Below are positions 1-7,895 of a stretch of DNA of 64,000 bases, one piece after another. Below the pieces are notes generated by a model. That model was not told the DNA's origin, ran no database searches, and saw nothing but the letters and a program-made list of their open reading frames with translations. Where the stretch lies: assembly GCA_036257565.1 (NCBI GenBank), contig DATAFH010000085.1, forward strand, positions 36,937 to 100,936. The letters run 5' to 3'. Within the stretch, counting starts at the first letter, position 1, and the number at the start of each line of letters is the position of its first letter. Position numbers and translations under genes: made by a program. This DNA is from Solirubrobacteraceae bacterium (GTDB taxonomy: Bacteria > Actinomycetota > Thermoleophilia > Solirubrobacterales > Solirubrobacteraceae).

Positions 1-2
1 TC

Positions 3-224
3 CGCAAGCAGGTCGAGGAGGCGTCCGACCCGGCGGCCAAGCGGGAGGAGCTGGTGGCGGAATACCGGGGGCTGATCGACGTCTACGTGGCCGCGCGCAA
101 CGACATGGTCGACGACGTGATCGACCCACGCGAGACGCGGCCGACGATCATCCGCGCCCTGGAGATGGCCGAGGGCAAGCGCGTCCAGCGGCCGTGGAAG
201 CGCAACGGCGTCGTCCCGGTCTGA
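3..224 (+). CDS. acyl-CoA carboxylase carboxyltransferase (beta) subunit, C-terminal fragment; 5' end lies outside the window
   Basis: Frame +3 is open from the window edge to TGA 222-224. It reads ...VDDVIDPRETRPTIIRALEMAEGKRVQRPWKRNGVVPV*, the typical C-terminal tail of AccD/PccB-type carboxyltransferases. It is absent from the ORF track because no start lies in the window. Confidence 0.7.
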   Translation, partial: RKQVEEASDPAAKREELVAEYRGLIDVYVAARNDMVDDVIDPRETRPTIIRALEMAEGKRVQRPWKRNGVVPV

Positions 225-263
225 CTGGGGCGGGAGGTAGTCTCGCGCGCCGTCGTGATCGGC

Positions 264-1411
264 ATGGACAGCATCACGCTGCTCGGCGCCATCCCCGTCG
301 GGCTCCAGATCTGGGACGAGGAGCCCGGCGGCGGGGTTGCGCTGCGCTGGGCGAACCACGACGACGTGCGCGCGAGGTCGGCCGCGCGGCGGCGCTCGCC
401 GCGCTGGCGGGCGAGGACGTGGACCGGTTCGCGGAGTGCGGCGAGGCGGGGTCGTGCCGCGTGCGCGCACGGGCGCTCGGCGACGGCGCGGTGCCGGTGA
501 GCCTCGAGGAGTGCACGGCCTCGGGCGAGCCGCTGGACGCGGCGATCGTCGACAACCTGCACGACGCGTTGATCGTCGTCGACATGGGCGGGCGGATCAC
601 GCGCGCGAACGCCGCCGCCGCGGAGCTGTGCGGGGTCCGCGGGCTGGTCGGCACGCGCCTGCGCGACGTGCCGATCGAGCTGCGCCGGCGCGGCGGCGCG
701 CGGCTGGAGGCCGCCGCCTCACCCGCGCGGCGCGCACTGGCCGGGGAGACCGTGCGCGGCGTGCTGGTCCAGGTCGAGCGGGCCGACGGGAAAGCGCTGT
801 GGGCGGAGGTCGACGCGAGCCCGCTGACGGATCACGACGGCCGCCCGTACGGCGCGCTCAGCACGTACGCCGACGTGACGGGCCGGGTGGAGCGCGAGCG
901 GCGGATCCTCCACGAGGCCGACACGGACGCGCTGACGGGGGTCGCGAACCGCCGGACGCTGCAGCGCATGCTGCATGCCGCGCTCGCGCGGGCCCGCGCG
1001 CACGGGCTGGTGGTCGCCGTGCTGGTCCTCGACCTCGACGGTTTCAAGGGCGTCAACGACCGGCTCGGTCACGCCGCGGGCGACGAGGCGCTGCGCGAGA
1101 TGGCGGCGCGCCTGCGGCACGAGGTGCGCGAGCGTGACCTCGTGGCGCGGGCGGGCGGTGACGAGTTCGTGATCGTGCTCCCGGACCTGTCGTCGGCCGA
1201 CGGGGTCGCCGACGAGGCCGTGGCGCGTGTGCGGGAGGCGTTCGCGGAGCCGCTCGAGGTGGCCGGCCGCCGCGTCACGCTGGGGGCGGCGGTGGGTACG
1301 GCGTGCTTCCCCGGAGACGCTGATGGCGCGGACGGCCTCGTTGCGGCGGCCGACCGCGCCATGTACGCCCGCAAGGGATCAGTAGCGAGCCGAGCTGGCC
1401 GGGCGGCTTGA
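264..1411 (+). CDS. PAS-GGDEF diguanylate cyclase; 5' region apparently frameshifted near nt 362-368
   Basis: Listed ORF 194..1411 contains a PAS-like HDALIVVDMGGRITRANAAAAELCG and RERDLVARAGGDEF (RxxD I-site at canonical spacing plus GGDEF). G/C-ending codons run in frame 3 from ATG 264 (MDSITLLGAIPVGLQIWDEE...) and switch to frame 2 after about nt 365. The first ~57 codons of the listed ORF are Arg-rich with A/T-ending codons. Confidence 0.8.
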
Positions 1412-1675
1412 CTCCCGCCGGCCGGCGACCGCGCGCCAGATGAGCAGCACGATCATCGTGCCGATGATGGCCCCGATGATGCCACCGAGGTCGAACTTGT
1501 CGTCGTCACCGATGCCGAGCAGGCCCGTGAAGATGAAGTAGCCCAGCAGAGCACCGATGATGCCGAAGGCGACGGTCTGGACGAACCCCATGGGATCACG
1601 GCCCGGCAGCAACAGGCGGCCGAGGTAGCCGGCGATGATGCCGATGACAATCGCAGCAATGATTTCTCCGATCAT
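1379..1675 (-). CDS. GlsB/YeaQ/YmgE family (transglycosylase-associated) small membrane stress protein
   Basis: 98 aa. MIGEIIAAIVIGIIAGYLGRLLLPG... with Gly-rich TM helices typical of this family. The 3' end overlaps the GGDEF gene by 33 nt. Confidence 0.85.
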   Translation of the reverse strand: MIGEIIAAIVIGIIAGYLGRLLLPGRDPMGFVQTVAFGIIGALLGYFIFTGLLGIGDDDKFDLGGIIGAIIGTMIVLLIWRAVAGRRESSRPASSARY

Positions 1676-1693
1676 GGTCCCGGTCTACCCGAA

Positions 1694-2557
1694 ATGAGCC
1701 TGGCTGACCCGGTAATCCTCACGTGCGCGATCTCCGGCGCCGTGGCCGGTCGCGACCAGTGCCCTGCGATCCCCTACACGCCGCAGGAATACGCGGCCGA
1801 GGCGCGCCGGAGCGTCGACGAGGGCGCCGTGATGATCCACATCCACGCGCGTCAACCGGATGGGACGCCGAGCCACAACGTCGAGGACTTCCGGGCCATC
1901 ACGGAGGCCATCCTCGCCGAGGTGGGCGACGTGATCGTCAACTTCTCCACGGGTGCCGTGGGGGTGCCGGTCTCGAAGCGGATCGCGTACCTGCGGGAGC
2001 TGCGGCCGGAGGTGGCGGCGCTGAACATGGGGTCGATGAACTACGCGAAGTACTCGCGGCGACGGCGGGACTTCGTCTTCAAGGCGGTGTTCGAGAACTC
2101 GTTCGACACGATCCTCGCGCTGCTGGGGGCGATGAACGAGTGCGGCATCCGGCCGGAGCACGAGTGCTTCGACTCGGGGCATCTGGCCAGCCTTGATCCG
2201 CTCCTCGACATGGGGGTCCTGGAGCCGCCGCTGCAGGTCTCGTGCGTGATGGGGGTGACGGGCGGGATCCGGCCGACGGTGCGCAACCTCGGGCACATGG
2301 CTGAGCAGGTGCCCGCCGTGCCGCACAAGTGGGGCGTGATCGGGGTGGGGCGGAAGCAGTGGGGGCTCGTGGCCGCGGGGCTGGGACTGGGCGGCAACGT
2401 CCGGGTGGGGCTCGAGGACAACTTCTACCTGCCGGACGGGACGATGGCGCGCTCGAACGGTGAGCTCGTCGCGAAGGCGCGGGCCATGGCCGGGGACGCG
2501 GGGCGGCGCGTGGCCTCTCTCGAGGAGGCGCGCGAGATGCTGGGCCTGCCGCGGTGA
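1694..2557 (+). CDS. beta-keto acid cleavage enzyme (BKACE/DUF849; 3-keto-5-aminohexanoate cleavage enzyme family)
   Basis: 287 aa. Family-typical N-terminus VILTCAISGAV..IPYTPQEYA, IHIHAR and NVRVGLEDNFYLPDG motifs. Confidence 0.85.
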   Translation: MSLADPVILTCAISGAVAGRDQCPAIPYTPQEYAAEARRSVDEGAVMIHIHARQPDGTPSHNVEDFRAITEAILAEVGDVIVNFSTGAVGVPVSKRIAYLRELRPEVAALNMGSMNYAKYSRRRRDFVFKAVFENSFDTILALLGAMNECGIRPEHECFDSGHLASLDPLLDMGVLEPPLQVSCVMGVTGGIRPTVRNLGHMAEQVPAVPHKWGVIGVGRKQWGLVAAGLGLGGNVRVGLEDNFYLPDGTMARSNGELVAKARAMAGDAGRRVASLEEAREMLGLPR

Positions 2558-3783
2558 GCGCGCTCGAGGGCATCCGGGTGCTCGACCTCTCGCGGCTGCT
2601 GCCGGGCGGCTTCTGCTCGCTGCTGCTGGCCGACTTCGGTGCCGACGTCGTGAAGGTCGAGGACACGGGGATGGGCGACTACGTGCGGTGGGCGGCGCCG
2701 CGTGTGGCGGGCGCGGACCCGAGCGCCGCGGGGGCGATGTTCCTGGGCCTCAACCGGGGGAAGCGGTCGGTGCGGATCGACCTCAAGACGGCGGCGGGGC
2801 GGGACGTGCTCGTTCGGCTCGCTTCGGAGTCCGACGTGCTGCTGGAGTCGTTCCGGCCGGGCGTGATGGAGCGGCTGGGCGTAGGGTATGGGCGGCTGCG
2901 GGCGGAGAACCCGCGGCTCGTGTACTGCGCGATCACCGGGTACGGGCAGGAGGGGCCGTACGCCGGCCGGGCCGGCCACGATCTCGATTACCTCGCGCGC
3001 ATGGGGCTGCTCGACATGACGGGCTCGTCCCCGGATGCCCCGCCGGTGCAGCCCGCCGGCCAGATCGCCGACCTCGGCGGCGGCGCGCTGATGGCCGCCT
3101 TCGGGATCCTCGCCGCGCTGCGAGAGCGCGACCGGTCGGGGGAGGGGCAGCTCGTCGACGTCTCGATGGCCGACGGCGCGCTGTCGTGGCTCGTGATGGA
3201 GGCGGCGCGGGTGCTCGCGGGCGGGGCAGCGCGGGCGCGGGGGCGGGCCGAGCTGGGCGGGGGGCTGATCTGCTACCGCCCATATCGGTGCTCGGACGGC
3301 GGCTGGGTGGCGCTGGGCGCGCTGGAGCCGAAGTTCTGGGGGGCCTGGTGCTCGGGGGTTGAGCGGCCGGACCTGATCGAGCGGCAGTTCGATCCGGTCG
3401 GCTCGGAGGCGCATCGTGAGGTCGAGGACGTCTTCGCTGCCAGGACCCGTGCGGAGTGGGAGGCGTTCAACGACGAGCACGACTGCTGCCTCGAGCCGGT
3501 GCTCAGGCTCGACGAGGCGCTGTCGTCCGAGCTCGTCCGGGCGCGCGAGATGGTCGTCTCCGTCGACCAGCCGGGAGCCGGCCCCGTCCAGCTCCTCGGC
3601 ACCCCGGTCAAGCTCTCCCGAACCCCCGCCGACCCGACCCGAGCCGGCGGCCCGCCACTGGGAGCCGACACCGAAGCGGTACTCACCGAAGCCGGCTACA
3701 CGCCCGACGAGATCCACGAGCTCACGGCCACCGGCGCGGTCGCAGGCCCGACCACCACCGCCGAGGGCACCTTCCTCTCATGA
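2554..3783 (+). CDS. family III CoA-transferase (CaiB/BaiF, alpha-methylacyl-CoA racemase-like)
   Basis: 409 aa. GIRVLDLSRLLPGGFCSLLLADFGADVVKVE N-terminus and GHDLDYLA core are typical of family III CoA-transferases. The GTG start overlaps the upstream stop (GTGA). Confidence 0.88.
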   Translation: MSALEGIRVLDLSRLLPGGFCSLLLADFGADVVKVEDTGMGDYVRWAAPRVAGADPSAAGAMFLGLNRGKRSVRIDLKTAAGRDVLVRLASESDVLLESFRPGVMERLGVGYGRLRAENPRLVYCAITGYGQEGPYAGRAGHDLDYLARMGLLDMTGSSPDAPPVQPAGQIADLGGGALMAAFGILAALRERDRSGEGQLVDVSMADGALSWLVMEAARVLAGGAARARGRAELGGGLICYRPYRCSDGGWVALGALEPKFWGAWCSGVERPDLIERQFDPVGSEAHREVEDVFAARTRAEWEAFNDEHDCCLEPVLRLDEALSSELVRAREMVVSVDQPGAGPVQLLGTPVKLSRTPADPTRAGGPPLGADTEAVLTEAGYTPDEIHELTATGAVAGPTTTAEGTFLS

Positions 3784-4586
3784 CGGATCCCGCGCGCGCG
3801 GGCGGCGGCTCGGATCCCGCGGCGGCGTTCTTCGTCCCGCTCGGGGGCGGCCGCTTCGTGGCGACGCCTCACACCCGCGGGCCGTGGGATCCCGCTCATC
3901 AGCACGCCGGCCCGCCTGCGGCGCTGCTCTGCCGCGCGCTCGAGCGCTGCGACCCGCGCGAGGGGATGCTGCTCGCGCGGCTCACGTTCGAGATCCTGCG
4001 ACCGGTGCCCGTTGCTGAGGTCGCGGTCAGTGCCTATGTTGTGCGGCCGGGGCGCTCGGTGCAGCTGCTCGAGGGAGAGCTGTCGTCGGAAGGGGAGCGG
4101 GTGATGACGGTGCGGGCATGGCGGGTAAAGGCGACGGACGCGCCCGACCGTCGCACGGACGGCGCGCCGCCGCCGCGGCCCAGCGAGGCGGCCGCGCCAC
4201 CACGCGGCCTACGCGACTTCGGCTACGGCGACGCGGTCGAGCTGCGCTTCGCGGCCGGCGGCTGGGGCGTGCCCGGTCCGGCCACAGTCTGGACGCGGCT
4301 GCGCGTGGCGGTGGTCGAGGACGAGTCGCCGACCGGCCTCCAGCGCGTGCTCGCCGTCGCCGACTCGGGCAACGGCGTCTCCGCCGTGCTGTCGTGGGAC
4401 GACTGGCTGTTCATCAACCCGGAGCTCACCGTCCACGTGCTCAGAGAGCCGCTCGGCGAGTGGATCTGCCTCGACGCCGAAACCACGATCGCCTCCGGCG
4501 GGGCCGGCCTCGCCAGCTCTGTGCTCAGCGACGACGAGGGCGTGGTTGCTCGCGGTGGACAGTCGTTGCTCGTTCTGGCTCGTTGA
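3780..4586 (+). CDS. thioesterase-like (TesB/4HBT_3-type hot-dog) protein
   Basis: In-frame ATG 3780 overlaps the upstream TGA (ATGA). FFVPLGGGRFVATPHTRGPWDPAHQHAGPPAALLCRALE matches actinobacterial acyl-CoA thioesterase-like proteins. The upstream part of listed ORF 3456.. is an out-of-frame shadow of the CoA-transferase. Confidence 0.75.
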   Translation: MTDPARAGGGSDPAAAFFVPLGGGRFVATPHTRGPWDPAHQHAGPPAALLCRALERCDPREGMLLARLTFEILRPVPVAEVAVSAYVVRPGRSVQLLEGELSSEGERVMTVRAWRVKATDAPDRRTDGAPPPRPSEAAAPPRGLRDFGYGDAVELRFAAGGWGVPGPATVWTRLRVAVVEDESPTGLQRVLAVADSGNGVSAVLSWDDWLFINPELTVHVLREPLGEWICLDAETTIASGGAGLASSVLSDDEGVVARGGQSLLVLAR

Positions 4587-4592
4587 CTCGGG

Positions 4593-4748
4593 GCGGTGGC
4601 TCTGCGGCCTACCGCTGTGTGCTGGGGGATGCCTTGAACGGCGAACTGCGCTGGGCAGGGAGGTGTTGGGGCGGGGCGGCGGTGAGGGCGCATAACCGGC
4701 CACGGACCCACACTCACACCGCCGCGCGGCCGGCCGCAGAGCCACCGC
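4593..4748. repeat. 17-bp perfect inverted repeat (4593-4609 / 4732-4748) flanking 122 nt that contain a G-quadruplex motif
   Basis: GCGGTGGCTCTGCGGCC and its exact reverse complement GGCCGCAGAGCCACCGC sit in the 209-nt spacer between convergent genes. GGGcaGGGaggtgttGGGGcGGGG lies at 4653-4676. Confidence 0.7.
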
Positions 4749-4795
4749 GCATTCGCCGGCGCAAGAGACGTGGTCTCGCACGGTTGCGGTTGAGG

Positions 4796-5365
4796 TCAGG
4801 CCGGCCGCCGAGCCCGCATCGCCACCGGCACCCGGAGCGACGCGCCGGAGACCGCGATCCAGAGCCCCAACCACACGACGCCCATGAACGCGATCGCCGC
4901 GGCCTTCGCGACCGGGAAGCCCGCGGGCGCTGCTTCGACGGGCGGCACGTGTGGGACTCGGACGGGCTCGCGGGCGGCGCTCGGCACGGCGGCGACGCCG
5001 ACGGTCGGCACCTCGATCGGCGCCATGCGATGCGGCGTCGCGTCCGTCCAACCGTCCAACACCCGCGCCTTCCAGGTGCCGTTGGAGGGGAAGGTGACGT
5101 CGGCGACGTAGGTGCCCGGGCGCCCCGCGTGCTCGGCGAAGAACTGCCGCGTCTCGCCCCGGCCGTTGTCGATCAGCAGCCTCGGCCTCGCGTCGTCGAG
5201 CGGCGTGAGGCCGTGCTGCCTGACGACAAACGTGGCCCGCCACGTGTCGCCCTGGCCGATGCCGGCCGGTGGCGCGGCCACCTCGACGGTGGCCCAGCCG
5301 CCCGCGAGCGCGGTGGTCGGGAACGCGAGGACGACGAGCGCTGTGATGGCGGCAGCAAGCTTCAT
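4796..5365 (-). CDS. secreted/membrane-anchored hypothetical protein
   Basis: Internal ATG 5365 is preceded by a GGGGG Shine-Dalgarno-like run. It has an MKLAAAITALVVLAFPTTALAGG signal peptide and a C-terminal TM helix (AAIAFMGVVWLGLWIAVSG). No family recognised. Confidence 0.6.
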   Translation of the reverse strand: MKLAAAITALVVLAFPTTALAGGWATVEVAAPPAGIGQGDTWRATFVVRQHGLTPLDDARPRLLIDNGRGETRQFFAEHAGRPGTYVADVTFPSNGTWKARVLDGWTDATPHRMAPIEVPTVGVAAVPSAAREPVRVPHVPPVEAAPAGFPVAKAAAIAFMGVVWLGLWIAVSGASLRVPVAMRARRPA

Positions 5366-5436
5366 ACCCCCGCTACACCTCTCGCCCCGAACCCGTTCCC
5401 ATCCTGGCCACCCGGGTCCGGTCGGCGGACGCCGAG

Positions 5437-6255
5437 CTACCAGTGCACGTCGTGGCGCTCCATCACGCCCCACGCCTCGCGCAGTGGGCCGGCGACGGGG
5501 AGGGTGCCGGTGAAGGCTCCGAACGGTTGCTCGTAGTCGGACCGCAGGAGCAGCAGGTTCTCCCGCCGCGAGCGAACCGCCTCGGGGGTGAACCGCAGCC
5601 CGCCGACCGACGACAGGTCGTCCGCGAACGTGACCGGGCCGACCTCGAATGGCCTGCCGGCGACCCAGACTGTGCGCTCCGACGCCTCGACCGCGTCATG
5701 GATGCCCGCGACGAGGTTCCATGCGACCGGGGCGCCGGAGGAGGCGACGCCCACGCCGGCCGACCACCGCCAGGCCGTGTGGCGCGCGTGGTAGCCCGCG
5801 GACTCGTCGACGATCGCGGCGAGGTCCAGCTCGTGCCGGGCACCGTCGACCTCCAGCCATCCGCGGGCGGCCGCGCCGCCGCGCTTGCGGGTCCACGCGT
5901 ACTGGCGTCCGTGCGGGGAGATCACCTCGATCGGTGCTCCGTCCGAGAGCGCGAGATCGAGCCGAACCCGCCCGCCGGCGACCCGCAGCCGCCGCGAGTC
6001 CACGGTCACGCCGCCCCGCCCCCGCGCGGTCCGCGCCACCATCCGCCCGCGCGCGCGATCCCAGACCGCCCACCACGCCACACGCACCGGCCCGACCCGG
6101 CCCCGCGCGGCGCACAGCATGATGTCCGGCCCGAAGGCGCCCACGTACGTCCACGCCTTGAGCGGCCGGCCACCGCGCCACGCCGGCATCTCACCCGGCG
6201 GCAGCGGCGGAGACGGCCGCCCGGGACCAGGACCGCGCCACGGTTGGATCGGCAT
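5437..6255 (-). CDS. hypothetical protein (possibly DUF2804 family; unverified)
   Basis: Internal ATG 6255, 272 aa, high G/C third positions. The upstream 119 codons of listed ORF 5437..6612 overlap the divergent nitrilase gene and look non-coding. Confidence 0.6.
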   Translation of the reverse strand: MPIQPWRGPGPGRPSPPLPPGEMPAWRGGRPLKAWTYVGAFGPDIMLCAARGRVGPVRVAWWAVWDRARGRMVARTARGRGGVTVDSRRLRVAGGRVRLDLALSDGAPIEVISPHGRQYAWTRKRGGAAARGWLEVDGARHELDLAAIVDESAGYHARHTAWRWSAGVGVASSGAPVAWNLVAGIHDAVEASERTVWVAGRPFEVGPVTFADDLSSVGGLRFTPEAVRSRRENLLLLRSDYEQPFGAFTGTLPVAGPLREAWGVMERHDVHW

Positions 6256-6316
6256 CGCGCTGTATCCTCCCGAACCCGGGTTGACTGACGAGTCAATCCG
6301 AGGGAAGGAGAACCCC

Positions 6317-7147
6317 GTGCGCGTCGCCGCCGTCCAGCTCACCTCCACCGCCGATCGAGAGCGCAACCTCGCGACCTCCGACCGGCTCACCCGTGCCGCC
6401 GCGGCGGCCGGCGCAGAGCTCGTCGTCCTGCCCGAGAAGTGGTCCGTGCTCGGCACGCCGGAGGAGACGGCCGCCGGCGCCGAGCCGTTCGACGGCCCCG
6501 CCCTCACCTGGGCGAGGACCACCGCACGAGAGCTCGGCATTGACCTCGTGGCAGGCTCGATCGCCGAGCGCGTCCCCGACCGCGAGAAGAACTCGAACAC
6601 CTCCGCGCACATCGGTCCCGACGGCGAGGTGCAGGCCGTCTACCGCAAGATCCACATGTTCGACGTCGAGGTCGCGGGCCGCACCTACCGCGAGTCCGAG
6701 CATGAGGAGCCCGGCGACGAGCTCGTCGTCAGCGAGACCGCCGAGGGCATCCCGATCGGCCTCACCGTCTGCTACGACCTGCGCTTCCCGGAGCTCCACC
6801 GGATCCTCGCCGTGCGCGGGGCGCGCATCCTCACCGTTCCCGCCGCCTTCACGCTTGCCACCACGCGCGACCACTGGGAGGTGCTGCTGCGGGCCCGGGC
6901 GATCGAGGACCAGGCGTTCGTGATCGCTCCCAACCAGGTCGGCGAGCACGCTCCCGGGCTGCGCTCGGGCGGCCGCTCGATGATCGTCGACCCCTGGGGC
7001 GTCGTGCTCGCCCAGGCGCCCGACACCGAGACCTTCATCACCGCCGACCTCGACCTCGACCGCCAGGCCGAGGTGCGCCGCACGCTGCCCTCGCTCGCCA
7101 ACCGCCGGCCGCAGGCCTACGCCTGGCCGCAGGAGATCCACACCTAG
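6317..7147 (+). CDS. carbon-nitrogen hydrolase (nitrilase superfamily, Nit/omega-amidase-like)
   Basis: GTG 6317 is preceded by GGAAGGAG. Catalytic Glu (VVLPEKW), Lys (YRKIHMFD) and Cys (LTVCYDLRFPE) motifs are present. Confidence 0.88.
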   Translation: MRVAAVQLTSTADRERNLATSDRLTRAAAAAGAELVVLPEKWSVLGTPEETAAGAEPFDGPALTWARTTARELGIDLVAGSIAERVPDREKNSNTSAHIGPDGEVQAVYRKIHMFDVEVAGRTYRESEHEEPGDELVVSETAEGIPIGLTVCYDLRFPELHRILAVRGARILTVPAAFTLATTRDHWEVLLRARAIEDQAFVIAPNQVGEHAPGLRSGGRSMIVDPWGVVLAQAPDTETFITADLDLDRQAEVRRTLPSLANRRPQAYAWPQEIHT

Positions 7148-7746
7148 TGGCCACCGCGCGCCCGGCCGTCGACAAGCGGCGGATGATCCTCGACGCCGCC
7201 GTGCGCGTGTTCGCCCGCCAGGGCTTCCACACGTGCCGCGTGTCGGACATCGCCGACGAGGCGGGCGTCGCCTACGGCCTCGTTTACCACTACTTCCAGT
7301 CCAAGGACGAGGTCCTCGACACGCTGTTCCTCGAGCGCTGGGACGTCATGCTCGACGCCATCCGCGAGGTCGACGCCCGCCCCGATCCAGCGCGCGACAA
7401 GCTGTACGCGATCGCCTCGTTCATCGTGGACTCCTACCGCCACGACCCCGACCTGATGAAGGTGATCATCGTCGAGGTCACGCGGGCGGCGAACTCGTTC
7501 GGCGCCGTCCACCTCGGCAAGATCGCCGAGGGCTACGCGCAGCTCAGCGGCATCGTCGAGCAGGCCCAGCGCTCCGGCGAGTTCCGCGACACGGTGAGCC
7601 CCGAGTTCGCCGCCATGGCGTTCTACGGGGCGATCGAGCAGGTCCTCACGGGGTGGATCTTCGGGACGCTCGAGCAGGGCGACGATGCGTACGAGCGCGC
7701 GAAGGAGTACGTGGTCGAGACGATCTGCGGCGGCCTCAACTCTTAG
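7147..7746 (+). CDS. TetR/AcrR family transcriptional regulator
   Basis: 199 aa. N-terminal HTH ILDAAVRVFARQGFHTCRVSDIADEAGVAYGLVYHYFQSKDEVL. The GTG start overlaps the nitrilase TAG (TAGTG). Confidence 0.88.
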   Translation: MATARPAVDKRRMILDAAVRVFARQGFHTCRVSDIADEAGVAYGLVYHYFQSKDEVLDTLFLERWDVMLDAIREVDARPDPARDKLYAIASFIVDSYRHDPDLMKVIIVEVTRAANSFGAVHLGKIAEGYAQLSGIVEQAQRSGEFRDTVSPEFAAMAFYGAIEQVLTGWIFGTLEQGDDAYERAKEYVVETICGGLNS

Positions 7747-7757
7747 ACTGCGCGGCC

Positions 7758-7895
7758 ATGACCGACAACGACATGGTCAAGCGCCTACTCTGGGCCGGCC
7801 TGCTGGCGGGGCTGGGAGCCCTCGCATCCATCGCGACGTCGAAGCTCGCCGTCGTGATTTGGCACCGGGCGTTCGGGGAAGATCCTCCGGAATGA
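7758..7895 (+). CDS. small membrane protein (DUF4235-like N-terminal half)
   Basis: 45 aa: MTDNDMVKRLLWAGLLAGLGALASIATSKLAVVIWHRAFGEDPPE. The stop overlaps the next start (ATGA). Confidence 0.5.
   Translation: MTDNDMVKRLLWAGLLAGLGALASIATSKLAVVIWHRAFGEDPPE

Noticed and set aside
4118-5536. Long listed ORFs 4118..5536 (+, 472 aa) and 4209..5243 (-, 344 aa) spanning the thioesterase end, a spacer and the secreted-protein gene
   Set aside because: The translations are Arg/Ala/Gly/Pro-rich with no recognisable motif. They run out of frame or antisense to frames with family-typical sequence and G/C-ending codons. These are typical shadow ORFs of GC-rich DNA.
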